Below are positions 51,972 through 64,000 of a stretch of DNA of 64,000 nucleotides, one piece after another (position 1 is the stretch's first letter; each line of letters starts with the position of its first letter). The stretch is from Chromatiaceae bacterium (lineage in GTDB: Bacteria; Pseudomonadota; Gammaproteobacteria; Chromatiales; Chromatiaceae), in assembly GCA_022340195.1 (NCBI GenBank), contig JAJDOL010000276.1, positions 5,565 through 69,564 of the forward strand, read 5' to 3'. The notes under the pieces were generated by a model. That model saw nothing but the letters and a program-made list of their open reading frames with translations. It ran no database searches and was not told where the DNA came from. Made by a program: the position numbers and the translations under genes.

Positions 51972-52000
51972 TGGACAGGATGCCGACCTTCCTTTAGAAT
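51972..52000 (+). promoter_or_regulatory. sigma70-type promoter for carAB
   Basis: TGGACA-17 bp-TAGAAT, about 250 bp upstream of carA. Confidence 0.5.
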
Positions 52001-52252
52001 TCTGCGCGGCTTGGGCGGCATCAGGCACCCCATCCGAGCGCGCGCCTTCAGGTTCCCGGAAGGCAGCTCCGAGTCCGTCTAAAGCCGTTGCTCACCGCGT
52101 TTCTGCGCCGAAGGTGAACCCTGTTCCCGCCAGCTTCCAGGCACCTGAGACACAGGTACTGCCGGATCGGACGGTGGACGAGCGGGCGAGGCGCATTCCC
52201 TATCGTCACCGGCGGCGGTCACGATACCGCGACGGCTTGTTGGGAGATACCC

Positions 52253-53398
52253 TTGAGAAAAACCGCTGTCCTGGTCCTGGAGGACGGGTCCGTCTTCCGC
52301 GGAGTGTCCATCGGCGCAGACGGCCAAAGTGTCGGTGAGGTGGTGTTCAACACCGCCATGACCGGTTACCAGGAGATTCTGACGGATCCGTCGTACTGCC
52401 GGCAGCTGGTGACCCTGACTTATCCCCATATCGGCAACGTAGGCGTCAACGCGGATGACGAGGAGTCTTCTCGGGTCTATGCGGCCGGATTGATCGTGCG
52501 CGATCTCCCGGTACTGGCCAGCAACTGGCGCCTGCAGGAGTCGTTGGGCGACTACCTGAGGCGCAATGGTGTGACAGCCATCGCCGAGATAGACACGCGT
52601 CGGCTGACTCGGATCCTGCGGGAGAAGGGCGCCCAGAACGGTTGCGTTCAAGCAGGGGACGGACTCGACGAGACCGCGGCGCTCGATGCGGCTCGGGCGT
52701 TCCCGGGACTCGAGGGTATGGACCTCGCCAAAGAGGTCACGACCCGGACCCCATACGAGTGGGCCCAAGGTGTCTGGAGCCTGGAAGCGGGTATGCCGGA
52801 GGCGCCCCACCCGATCGACGCGAAGCTGCCGCTGCATGTGATCGCCTACGACTACGGGGTCAAGCGCAATATCTTGCGCATGCTCGTCGCGCGGGGTTGT
52901 CGCGTCACTGTCGTTCCGGCTCAGATGTCCGTGTCCGACGTCCTCTCACTGCAGCCGGACGGCATCTTCCTGTCCAATGGTCCCGGGGATCCGGAGCCCT
53001 GTGATTACGCGATTGCTGCAATCCGTGAGCTTCTGGAAATCGGCATCCCCATGTTCGGCATTTGCCTGGGATTTCAGCTCCTGGGTTTGGCCAGCGGTGC
53101 CCGCACCATGAAGATGAAGTTCGGCCACCATGGTGCCAATCACCCCGTACAGGATCTGGCTTCGGGTCGGGTGATGATCAGCAGCCAGAACCATGGCTTC
53201 GCTGTCGACGAGGCGAGCCTTCCCGAGCGGGTCCAGGCAACCCATCGCTCCCTGTTCGACGGGTCCCTGCAGGGCATCCATCACCAGGAGAGTCCCGCCT
53301 TCGGCTTTCAGGGCCACCCCGAGGCCAGTCCCGGACCGCACGATGTAGCACCCGTGTTCGACCACTTCATCGAGCTGATTCGTGAACACAGGAATTGA
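52253..53398 (+). CDS. carA: carbamoyl-phosphate synthase small subunit
   Basis: [39 protein letters not shown]. Confidence 0.99.
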   Translation: MRKTAVLVLEDGSVFRGVSIGADGQSVGEVVFNTAMTGYQEILTDPSYCRQLVTLTYPHIGNVGVNADDEESSRVYAAGLIVRDLPVLASNWRLQESLGDYLRRNGVTAIAEIDTRRLTRILREKGAQNGCVQAGDGLDETAALDAARAFPGLEGMDLAKEVTTRTPYEWAQGVWSLEAGMPEAPHPIDAKLPLHVIAYDYGVKRNILRMLVARGCRVTVVPAQMSVSDVLSLQPDGIFLSNGPGDPEPCDYAIAAIRELLEIGIPMFGICLGFQLLGLASGARTMKMKFGHHGANHPVQDLASGRVMISSQNHGFAVDEASLPERVQATHRSLFDGSLQGIHHQESPAFGFQGHPEASPGPHDVAPVFDHFIELIREHRN

Positions 53399-53479
53399 CC
53401 CGCAGCGACGCCGAGAAGCGAGAGGTTCGAATAGGGCCGTTTGCTCGCGCCTCTCCGCGCACTCTGCGTCTCAGCGGTT
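53399..53479. repeat. imperfect inverted repeat built of CGCAGAG-like periodic units (REP-like hairpin)
   Basis: Left CCCGCAGCGACGCCGAGAAGCGAGAGG; right CCTCTCCGCGCACTCTGCGTCTCAGCGGTT; fills the carA-carB gap. Confidence 0.65.
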
Positions 53480-53487
53480 TCATTGAC

Positions 53488-56694
<3,207 letters not shown>

Positions 56695-56844
56695 GCGTCG
56701 TCCAGCAGGCATCCTAGACACCATCGCCCATCGGGCGTTTCGGCAATTCAGGTACCTCGAAATGCCGATGCTTGCGGGTCGAATATTGATTCGCCCCGGT
56801 CCCAGCGCGTATCGAGCGCGCTTTAGCCGAAGAGGATATCTCCC

Positions 56845-57333
56845 ATGAACAAGGTACCTCTGACTGCGCGAGGCGCTGAAAAACTACGTTCAGAGCTCGA
56901 GCGCCTGAAGCGAGTCGAGCGGCCCCGGATCATCGCGGCCATCGCCGATGCCCGGTCGCACGGCGACCTCAAGGAGAACGCCGAATACCATGCGGCCCGC
57001 GAGCAGCAGGGCTTTGTCGAGGGCCGCATCAAGGACATAGAGGGTAAGCTCTCCCACGCCTACATCGTCGATGTGACGGACGAGCACACGCAGGCTCGAG
57101 CCAGTGGTAAGGTGATATTCGGGGCAACCGTGCACCTGCTGGAGATCGAAAACGATGAGGAGCATACCTTTCAGATCGTCGGTGACGACGAAGCCGATTT
57201 CAAGAACGGCTTGATCTCGATCAGTTCGCCCATTGCCAGATCGCTGATCGGAAAGCAGGCGGACGATGTGGCTTCGGTGGAAACGCCCGGCGGATTGCGC
57301 GAGTTCGAGATCCTGGAAGTCCGGTACCTGTAA
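56845..57333 (+). CDS. greA: transcription elongation factor GreA
   Basis: [30 protein letters not shown]. Confidence 0.98.
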   Translation: MNKVPLTARGAEKLRSELERLKRVERPRIIAAIADARSHGDLKENAEYHAAREQQGFVEGRIKDIEGKLSHAYIVDVTDEHTQARASGKVIFGATVHLLEIENDEEHTFQIVGDDEADFKNGLISISSPIARSLIGKQADDVASVETPGGLREFEILEVRYL

Positions 57334-57337
57334 CGGG

Positions 57338-58315
57338 TCAACCCAGTAGTGCGTCCTCCCACTCGACCTCACCCATTGTCTGTTGGTGAGGCTCCGACCT
57401 CCGGTCGGCGAATGCGTTGTCCACCACCTCGAGGAAGCGCTTGGCCTGGGGCGACAGGAACTTGCCCCGGCGTAGCACGATGCCGTAGCTGCGCCGCGGA
57501 AAATACCTCTCCAGCGGGATACAAGCCAGATTGTCGTCCCCGTTGAGACAAACGTCTGTGACGATGGAGATTCCCAGTCCAAGCTCTACGTATTTCTTGA
57601 TGACCTCCCATCCCCCCGCCTCGAGGGAGACCTGGTAGCTGACATTATTCTGACGGAAAACCAGATCGACGATTCGCCAAGTGCTCAAATGGCGCGGCGG
57701 CAGTATCAGCCCATAGGGCGCGATATCTTCCAAACTGACCGATTCCTTGTGCGCGAGGGGGTGGTCCAGGGGTGCGATGAGCTTGGGGTAAAAGGTGACA
57801 ATGGGCCGGTAGGTGATGTCATCCGGAACCTCCAGCATGGACCCGATGGCCAAATCGGCCTCGTCCGCCCGCAACATCGCCAGACCGTCCCGGCCCGTCA
57901 CATTGTGAAGCTTGAGCTCGATTCCGGGAAACTGGGCGGTGAAGTGTCGAACAGGCTCCGGCAGTATGTAGAGAATGGTGGACTCGCCGGCGGCGATGTT
58001 CAGAATACCCTGGTCGACCCGACCACAGTGGGTAGCGAAGGTCTCGTGGAGCTTGTCCATGCCCTCCACCAGCGGCTGTGCCAGCTGGTATAGAAGATCC
58101 CCTTCCGGCGTCAGTTTTATCTTGGGCCCGCGGCGCTCGAACAGCATGGTGTCGAATTCCCGCTCCAGGGCCTGGATCTGAAGCGAGACAGTGGGTTGAC
58201 TCAGAAAGATTTGCTCGGCGGCGGCGCTGACGCTCCCGGTGCGCGCGGCGTGACAAAAGGCGCGGAGCTGCTTCAGCCGGTTTTGCTTGTAGTGAATCTG
58301 AGGACTTGAGGCCAT
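57338..58315 (-). CDS. LysR-family transcriptional regulator
   Basis: LKQLRAFC...SVSAAAEQIFLSQPTVSLQIQALE...LFER HTH; substrate-binding domain with IKKYVELGLGISIV. Confidence 0.96.
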   Translation of the reverse strand: MASSPQIHYKQNRLKQLRAFCHAARTGSVSAAAEQIFLSQPTVSLQIQALEREFDTMLFERRGPKIKLTPEGDLLYQLAQPLVEGMDKLHETFATHCGRVDQGILNIAAGESTILYILPEPVRHFTAQFPGIELKLHNVTGRDGLAMLRADEADLAIGSMLEVPDDITYRPIVTFYPKLIAPLDHPLAHKESVSLEDIAPYGLILPPRHLSTWRIVDLVFRQNNVSYQVSLEAGGWEVIKKYVELGLGISIVTDVCLNGDDNLACIPLERYFPRRSYGIVLRRGKFLSPQAKRFLEVVDNAFADRRSEPHQQTMGEVEWEDALLG

Positions 58316-58773
58316 TGCAAATCTTTATGATTCTTCCGCAATAATCCAATAATAATGCAATCCTCGGTCCGGAAACAGGTTTTGGGGTAAAGTGGGCTTC
58401 AAGGAGCTGGCGGGTATTCGAGATTAAGGACCGTCTGGCTCGCGAAAGCGAAGGGATTGCGCGCGGACGGTAGCAGCCCGAGATTCAGCGCCTGGCGGGC
58501 CCTGACGGCGAGCGATGCGTCCGATTGCATCAGACTGAGACGCACAATCGTCGTGGCCGGAGAGGGAAGCGGGCTGTCCGAAATAACCGGTTGCGCCGGT
58601 ACCGCCGGGAGTGGCGGTTCTGCCCACAGGCGCCAGCCGTCGCTGGAAAAAAACGCCCCCAAGCCGAGTCGATCAGCTGCTGCGACAGCTCGAGATCCTG
58701 CACAAAAACCAGTAGGGGGGCTCGAAGCATTGGTGGACGGCTCGCGCTCGGGGCGGTTGCGAAATCCTTGGGC

Positions 58774-59997
58774 TCAAGAGGAATCGAGTTGCTCGAGAAT
58801 GTTCCTGGCTACCCGGCGCTGCTCATCGTCGCCCTCTTCCAGGACCTCGTAGAGCAGCCGCCTGGCATCCGCATAGTCCTCCCGCTCACGCAGCGCCTTT
58901 ATTTGCTGGAGCTTCTGCTCTGCGGGGTCCGGTTCATCCAGCTCCTCGGAATCCATATCGCGGGAATCGATCTCTTCATCGGCCTCGATGGTGTCGAGCT
59001 CCGCTTCCATCTCCTCTGTTGTCATGGGCCTGAATCGTACTGGATCGAAGGGATCGCCACCGACAATATCGCGGCCAACCATGTCCATCTCAGCGGAGGC
59101 GCTGCCACCCTTCCCACCATGGGGCGAAGTCGGCCCCTGGCCCGAGCTCTCTCGCGAGGGATGGGCAGCGGAGGACGCACCGATGGCGACCGTTCTGGCC
59201 GACAGGTCGGATGTATCGCCCGCAGCCTCGGTCTCGGGGATCTTCTCCGATGTCATCGGCCGCCGCTGGAAGCCGCGCGAGAAGAGGATCCCCAGCTCGA
59301 ACAGAAGCCACATGGGCAAAGCGAGCAGGGTCTGGGAAATCACATCGGGGGGGGTCAGAAGCATCCCCGCGACGAAGACGCCGACGATGACGTAGGGACG
59401 CTTGCGGCCCAGGTCCTCGGGGGTCGTGATGCCGGCGGCGACAATAAGGATGGTTGCTATGGGGATCTCGAAGGCGATCCCGAAGGCGAAGAACAGGGTG
59501 AGGACGAAATCCAGGTAGTGGCTGATATCCGTCATGACCGCCACCCCCTCCGGGGCGGTTCCCGTCAGGAACGCGAACACCAGCGGGAAGACGACGTAGT
59601 AGGCGAAGAGCATCCCGAGATAGAAGAGGAGGATGCTGGAGACCAACAGGGGAATCGCCAACCGCTTCTCGTGTCTGTAGAGTCCCGGTGCTACAAAAGA
59701 CCAGAGCTGGAACAGCAAGTACGGCATGGACAGGAAGACGGCTGAAACCAGCGCCAGCTTGAAGGGTGTCAGGAAGGGCGAGGCCACCTGGGTCGCGATC
59801 ATGCTGGTCCCTTCCGGCAGCTGCGCCATCAGGGGTGCGGCCACGTAGGTGTAAATGTCGTTGGCGAAGGGGAATAGGGCGAGGAACGCCAGGAACACCG
59901 CCACGAGCATGCGGATCAGGCGGTCGCGCAGCTCCACCAGATGGGAGACGAAGGGCTGCTCCTGACCGAGCTCCTCGGGATTCGCAGACGATGGCAT
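58774..59997 (-). CDS. tatC: twin-arginine translocase TatC with long C-terminal extension
   Basis: [37 protein letters not shown]; about 150 extra C-terminal residues. Confidence 0.97.
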   Translation of the reverse strand: MPSSANPEELGQEQPFVSHLVELRDRLIRMLVAVFLAFLALFPFANDIYTYVAAPLMAQLPEGTSMIATQVASPFLTPFKLALVSAVFLSMPYLLFQLWSFVAPGLYRHEKRLAIPLLVSSILLFYLGMLFAYYVVFPLVFAFLTGTAPEGVAVMTDISHYLDFVLTLFFAFGIAFEIPIATILIVAAGITTPEDLGRKRPYVIVGVFVAGMLLTPPDVISQTLLALPMWLLFELGILFSRGFQRRPMTSEKIPETEAAGDTSDLSARTVAIGASSAAHPSRESSGQGPTSPHGGKGGSASAEMDMVGRDIVGGDPFDPVRFRPMTTEEMEAELDTIEADEEIDSRDMDSEELDEPDPAEQKLQQIKALREREDYADARRLLYEVLEEGDDEQRRVARNILEQLDSS

Positions 59998-60145
59998 CGC
60001 GTTCGCGTCGACCTAATAGAGTCTGATTGTTTCCCGTCGATGGGAGCGCTCGGAATCCGGATGGATCAAAGTCCGCACCAGTTCTCGACTGGCGTGGAAG
60101 ATCAAAGCCGCTCGCGGGCCGGATCGCTCTGAATCGGCGGTTGGT

Positions 60146-60472
60146 CTAATCGGATCCGGGCTCGGATTTCGCGTCGGGGCCGCTATGCGCCGGCGTCGAT
60201 TTGCCCTTGGAGGTGCCCGTAGCCGATTTTTCTTTGGTCTCGTCCAGTATTGTCTCCAGGGGATTGCTTTGGGCCTGCTTGTTCAGAATCTCTTTAAGCT
60301 CCTGTGCCTTGATCTCTCGGTCGATCTCCGCCTTTACCGAGCCCAGCATGCGCCGACCGCGCCCGATCCAGAGCCCTGCGGTGCGTGCAAGCTTGGGTAG
60401 GCGATCCGGACCTACAACGATCAACATGACCAGTCCGATCAGGGCAAGCTCCCAGAATCCGACGTCGAACAT
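60146..60472 (-). CDS. tatB: twin-arginine translocase TatB
   Basis: MFDVGFWEL...VVGPDRLP. Confidence 0.97.
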   Translation of the reverse strand: MFDVGFWELALIGLVMLIVVGPDRLPKLARTAGLWIGRGRRMLGSVKAEIDREIKAQELKEILNKQAQSNPLETILDETKEKSATGTSKGKSTPAHSGPDAKSEPGSD

Positions 60473-60511
60473 GTAACGGTCCTAGTCCAGAGTCGTCGCA
60501 AGCCGGGTGCG

Positions 60512-60769
60512 TTAGACCTTTTCCTTTTCCTTGGCAGTCGTAGTTGACGGGGTGATCTCGTCACCCTCGGCGGAGCGCTTGGCGCTTTGCTCTTCGAGCT
60601 TCTTAGGCTCCTCGTCTTCCTTTTCGCTCTCTGTCATGGCGCTGCGAAAACCCTTTACGGCATTGCCCAGGTCCGAGCCGATGCTCTTCAGGCGCTTGGT
60701 GCCGAAAAGCAAAAGCACGATCACCAGTACGATCAACAGCTGCCAGATGCCTATGCCACTGACTCCCAT
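60512..60769 (-). CDS. tatA: twin-arginine translocase TatA
   Basis: [31 protein letters not shown]. Confidence 0.98.
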   Translation of the reverse strand: MGVSGIGIWQLLIVLVIVLLLFGTKRLKSIGSDLGNAVKGFRSAMTESEKEDEEPKKLEEQSAKRSAEGDEITPSTTTAKEKEKV

Positions 60770-60941
60770 GGTTTCCTCCGAACCCGCCCGGCGTGGACGG
60801 TCGATAGCCTGTTTGTACCTATCCGGCGCACACTTCGATAATGGGCACCGAATTCTCTGTCATGGCAGCACGAGGTTCGAGCGCGCTGCGACGTGGATTT
60901 TCGATCATAACCCAACAAACCGCTTCCATGCAGTCGCCGGC

Positions 60942-61259
60942 TTACTCCTGACGTAGGGCCTTCTCGTCAAGACCCGAGAGGCCGAAGCGCCGGTCCAGCT
61001 CCGCCAGAACGGCGTCCGGACCCAATCCCTGCTGGGCGAGCAGAACAAGGGAGTGAAACCACAGATCGGCTACCTCGTAGACAATCTTGTCCGGTTTGCC
61101 GTCCTTGGCCGCCATCACGGTTTCGGTGGCCTCTTCGCCGATTTTCTTGAGAATGGCGTCGAGTCCCTCGGCGTAGAGCCTGGCCACGTAGGAGCTCTTT
61201 GGATCGGCCTGCTTTCGCTCCTCGAGGATCTGGGACAGGCGCTCCAGGATGTCATTCAT
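60942..61259 (-). CDS. hisE: phosphoribosyl-ATP pyrophosphatase
   Basis: SSYVARLY...[11 protein letters not shown]...YEVADLWFH. Confidence 0.98.
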   Translation of the reverse strand: MNDILERLSQILEERKQADPKSSYVARLYAEGLDAILKKIGEEATETVMAAKDGKPDKIVYEVADLWFHSLVLLAQQGLGPDAVLAELDRRFGLSGLDEKALRQE

Positions 61260-61376
61260 GCCGGACTATTCGGAATTGAATCGCACAGGGGCAAAACGAG
61301 CCAAGGAATTGGAAACTTGCGCTCGACGCTCTGATCATCGATCGCAATGCGACGGGGCGAGCACCACCGATCAGGT

Positions 61377-61766
61377 CTATTTGTAGATATCATTGGGATC
61401 CTTGATCACGGGGGCGATCTCCGCCCACTGCCCCTCTTGTAGCTCGCGGAAGAAGCAATTGTGACGACCTGTGTGGCAGGCAATGCCGCCTTTCTGCTCT
61501 ACATCGAGCAGGATTACGTCTGCGTCGCAATCGGTCCGGATGGCATGGATGATCTGCTGATGACCCGACTCCTCGCCTTTGTGCCAAAGCTTGCCGCGGG
61601 AGCGCGACCAATAAACCGCATGACCTGTCTCCCGGGTCAGCGCCAGAGACTCCCGATTCATCCAAGCCATCATGAGGACCTTGCCGCTACCCCTCTCCTG
61701 GGCGATAGCCGGTACCAGGCCTTTGTCGTCCCATTTGATCGCATCGAGCCAGTCTTCGTTCAACAC
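61377..61766 (-). CDS. hisI: phosphoribosyl-AMP cyclohydrolase
   Basis: [33 protein letters not shown]. Confidence 0.98.
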   Translation of the reverse strand: MLNEDWLDAIKWDDKGLVPAIAQERGSGKVLMMAWMNRESLALTRETGHAVYWSRSRGKLWHKGEESGHQQIIHAIRTDCDADVILLDVEQKGGIACHTGRHNCFFRELQEGQWAEIAPVIKDPNDIYK

Positions 61767-61784
61767 AAGGTCCTCAGTTTCGAT

Positions 61785-62513
61785 TCAGGCGTCGGCGACA
61801 CGCTGCCCCGTAGCGAAGTCCAGGGTTCCCTCGTAGATCGCGCGGCCTGTAATGGCGGCCGTTATACCACTGCCGGCCACCGCACACAGGGCGCGCACGT
61901 CCTCTAGATTGGTTATGCCGCCGGAGGCGATGACCGGTATCGAGATAGCTTCCGCCAGGGTGCGCGTCGCCTCCACGTTGGGCCCTGTCATCATGCCGTC
62001 CCGCCCGATGTCCGTGTAGACGATGGCAGCGACGCCATCGTTCTCGAAGCGTTTCGCGAGGTCCTCCACGCGGTGCTCCGTGATCTCGGCCCAGCCCTTG
62101 ATGGCGACCCGCCCGGCCTTGGCGTCGAGGCCCACGACGATGTGACCGGGAAAAGACTCGCAGGCACGTGCCACCAGCTCCGGCTCCTTCACCGCCTGGG
62201 TGCCTATGATGCAATAGGAAACGCCTATATCCAGATAGGAGGCGATCGTGGTTTCGTTGCGGATGCCGCCACCGACTTGGATGGGCAGGTCTGGATAGCG
62301 CGCCGCGATTGCGCGGATGGCGTCGCCGTTCACCGGCTCACCGGCGAAGGCGCCATTCAGGTCGACCAGATGCAGGCGTCGCGCACCCGCCGCCACCCAC
62401 CGCCCGGCCATGGCAACAGGGTCGTCGGAGAAAACCGTCTCGTCCTCCATGCGGCCTTGGCGCAGACGTACGCAGCGCCCGTTTTTCAGATCGATGGCGG
62501 GAATCAACAACAT
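61785..62513 (-). CDS. hisA: ProFAR isomerase
   Basis: [46 protein letters not shown]. Confidence 0.98.
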   Translation of the reverse strand: MLLIPAIDLKNGRCVRLRQGRMEDETVFSDDPVAMAGRWVAAGARRLHLVDLNGAFAGEPVNGDAIRAIAARYPDLPIQVGGGIRNETTIASYLDIGVSYCIIGTQAVKEPELVARACESFPGHIVVGLDAKAGRVAIKGWAEITEHRVEDLAKRFENDGVAAIVYTDIGRDGMMTGPNVEATRTLAEAISIPVIASGGITNLEDVRALCAVAGSGITAAITGRAIYEGTLDFATGQRVADA

Positions 62514-62556
62514 CTACTTCACCGGATTTGCGGTTCTCGATCTGTTGGCCGTTGGA

Positions 62557-63174
62557 TTACAGGAAGCCCTTGGTCGAGGGGGTCGCTCCGGCAGTCCGAG
62601 GATCGGATTCGATCGCCATGCGCAGCGCCCGGCCAAAGGCCTTGAAAAGCGTCTCCGCCTGATGGTGGGCGTTGCGCCCGCGCAGGTTATCGAGGTGCAG
62701 GGTCACGCCCGCGTGATTGACGAAGCCCTGGAAGAGCTCGCGGAAGAGATCCAGGTCGAAGGTCCCGATCGTGGCTCGCGCGAAGTCGACGTGATACTCG
62801 AGTCCGGGTCGACCCGAGAGATCGACCACGACCCGCGAAAGGGCTTCGTCGAGGGGGACATAGGCGTGGCCATAGCGGCGGATCCCCTTCTTCTCCCCCA
62901 GGGCCTTCGCAAAGGCCTGGCCCAGGGTGATGCCGATGTCTTCGACCGTGTGATGGGCGTCGATGTGTAGGTCCCCCTTGGCCTCGATCGATAGATCGAT
63001 CAGACCGTGGCGGGATACCTGGTCGAGCATATGCTCGAGAAAGGGTACGCCCGTGTTGAAGTTGGAGCGCCCGCTTCCGTCCAGGTCGATTTCGACCAGG
63101 ATACTCGTCTCCAGGGTACTACGCTCCACTCGGGCGGTGCGCTTGGTGTCTTGTGGCTCCACCGGATCGGTCAA
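62557..63174 (-). CDS. hisB: imidazoleglycerol-phosphate dehydratase (monofunctional)
   Basis: [31 protein letters not shown]; no N-terminal phosphatase domain. Confidence 0.98.
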   Translation of the reverse strand: MTDPVEPQDTKRTARVERSTLETSILVEIDLDGSGRSNFNTGVPFLEHMLDQVSRHGLIDLSIEAKGDLHIDAHHTVEDIGITLGQAFAKALGEKKGIRRYGHAYVPLDEALSRVVVDLSGRPGLEYHVDFARATIGTFDLDLFRELFQGFVNHAGVTLHLDNLRGRNAHHQAETLFKAFGRALRMAIESDPRTAGATPSTKGFL

Positions 63175-63272
63175 TCTCGTTGCTGGTTTGCCTGATCGAG
63201 TGACTATTTAAGCACAAATGGAAACGGGGCCGTTGCGAGATCCGTGCGCGAGCATCCTCGTCTTCCCCTTGT

Positions 63273-63710
63273 TCAGGTCGCTAGCCAGAATGTGACGGGT
63301 CCATCGTTGGTCGAGTGTACTTGCATATCAGCGCCGAAGAGACCTGCCTGGACTTGCGGATGCGCGCCAACCGCGCGACCGACCAGGTAGTCGAAAAGCC
63401 GGCGGCCATCCTCTGGCTCGGCCGCACTTGTGAAGCTTGCCCGCGTGCCCTTGCGGGTGTCCGCCGCCAGTGTGAACTGGGGCACCAGTAGCAGGCCGCC
63501 ATCGACGTCCCGCAGGCTCAGGTTCATGCGGCCCTCGGCGTCCGGAAACACGCGATACCCGAGAAGGCGTTCCAGCAGGCGGTCCGCTTTTTGCCCGTCG
63601 TCTCCCTTCTGCACACCGACCAAGACGAGAAGACCTCGGTCGACGGCTCCTATCGGGTTTCCGGATACCTCGACTCGAGCTGAGCTGACCCGTTGCAAGA
63701 GACCGATCAT
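63273..63710 (-). CDS. dtd: D-aminoacyl-tRNA deacylase
   Basis: LLQRV..A.V, PQFTL, FGADMQV...NDGPVT. Confidence 0.97.
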   Translation of the reverse strand: MIGLLQRVSSARVEVSGNPIGAVDRGLLVLVGVQKGDDGQKADRLLERLLGYRVFPDAEGRMNLSLRDVDGGLLLVPQFTLAADTRKGTRASFTSAAEPEDGRRLFDYLVGRAVGAHPQVQAGLFGADMQVHSTNDGPVTFWLAT

Positions 63711-64000
63711 TTCAAGATCCGGGCAAAGCGGTCCGTTGCCGCCACCAGTGCGCTGCGGATACCCGGCTCGAAGGCTGCATGACCTGCATCCGGGATGATC
63801 TCGAGCTCGGACTGCGGCCAGGCGCTGTGCAGCTCCCAGGCCGAACGAAGGGGGCAGATAAGGTCGTAGCGACCCTGAACGATGACTCCGGGGATGTCGG
63901 CAATGCGGTCCGCGTTCCGCAGCAGTTGGTTCGTCTCCAAAAAGGCCTGATTGACGAAATAATGGCACTCGATACGCGCCAGACTGAGGGCCACGTGTGG
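63707..64000 (-). CDS. pip: proline iminopeptidase, C-terminal part (runs off window edge)
   Basis: ARIECHYFVN, IVQGRYDLICP, AGHAAFEPG; pip-dtd synteny. Confidence 0.93.
   Translation of the reverse strand, partial: PHVALSLARIECHYFVNQAFLETNQLLRNADRIADIPGVIVQGRYDLICPLRSAWELHSAWPQSELEIIPDAGHAAFEPGIRSALVAATDRFARILK

Noticed and set aside
52104-52145. CGCCGAAGGTGAA...CCAGG looks like part of a glycine riboswitch
   Set aside because: Lacks the upstream GGAGA and CUCUCAGG core; context (carA) does not fit
60000-60145. Unusually long tatB-tatC spacer with weak AGAG...CTCT ends and a GATCAAAG direct repeat
   Set aside because: Complementarity too weak to call an element without a genome-wide search

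Overview
This is a GC-rich gammaproteobacterial chromosome segment. An SgpA/B-type sulfur globule protein points to a sulfur-storing Chromatiaceae-like organism (inference). Most of it is housekeeping: degQ (partial), dacB, bioBFHCD, leuA, udg, rppH-ptsP, rsmI/lpoA-yraN-dolP, dapC, glnD-map, the long rpsB-tsf-pyrH-frr-uppS-cdsA-dxr-rseP-bamA-skp-lpxD-fabZ-lpxA-lpxB-rnhB-dnaE-accA-tilS cluster, cnoX, carAB-greA, tatABC, hisBAIE, dtd and pip (partial). I saw no CRISPR array, tRNA, rRNA or intact transposase/integrase, and no complete multi-gene novel system. The most notable oddities are five: (1) a stand-alone EgtB-like protein whose three iron-binding His positions read Arg/Glu/Asp; (2) TatC fused to an acidic linker and a FimV-C-like helical domain; (3) clean absence of both hisH and hisF from the his operon; (4) a Leu-rich leader peptide and alternative hairpins upstream of leuA; (5) an LpoA lacking its N-domain. 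There are also several small mobile-element scars: a 159-bp MITE, an internally deleted IS630, a possible group II intron 3' remnant, a frameshifted S74 tail-fibre chaperone fragment and periodic hairpin repeats. All family assignments are from motif recognition, not database searches.
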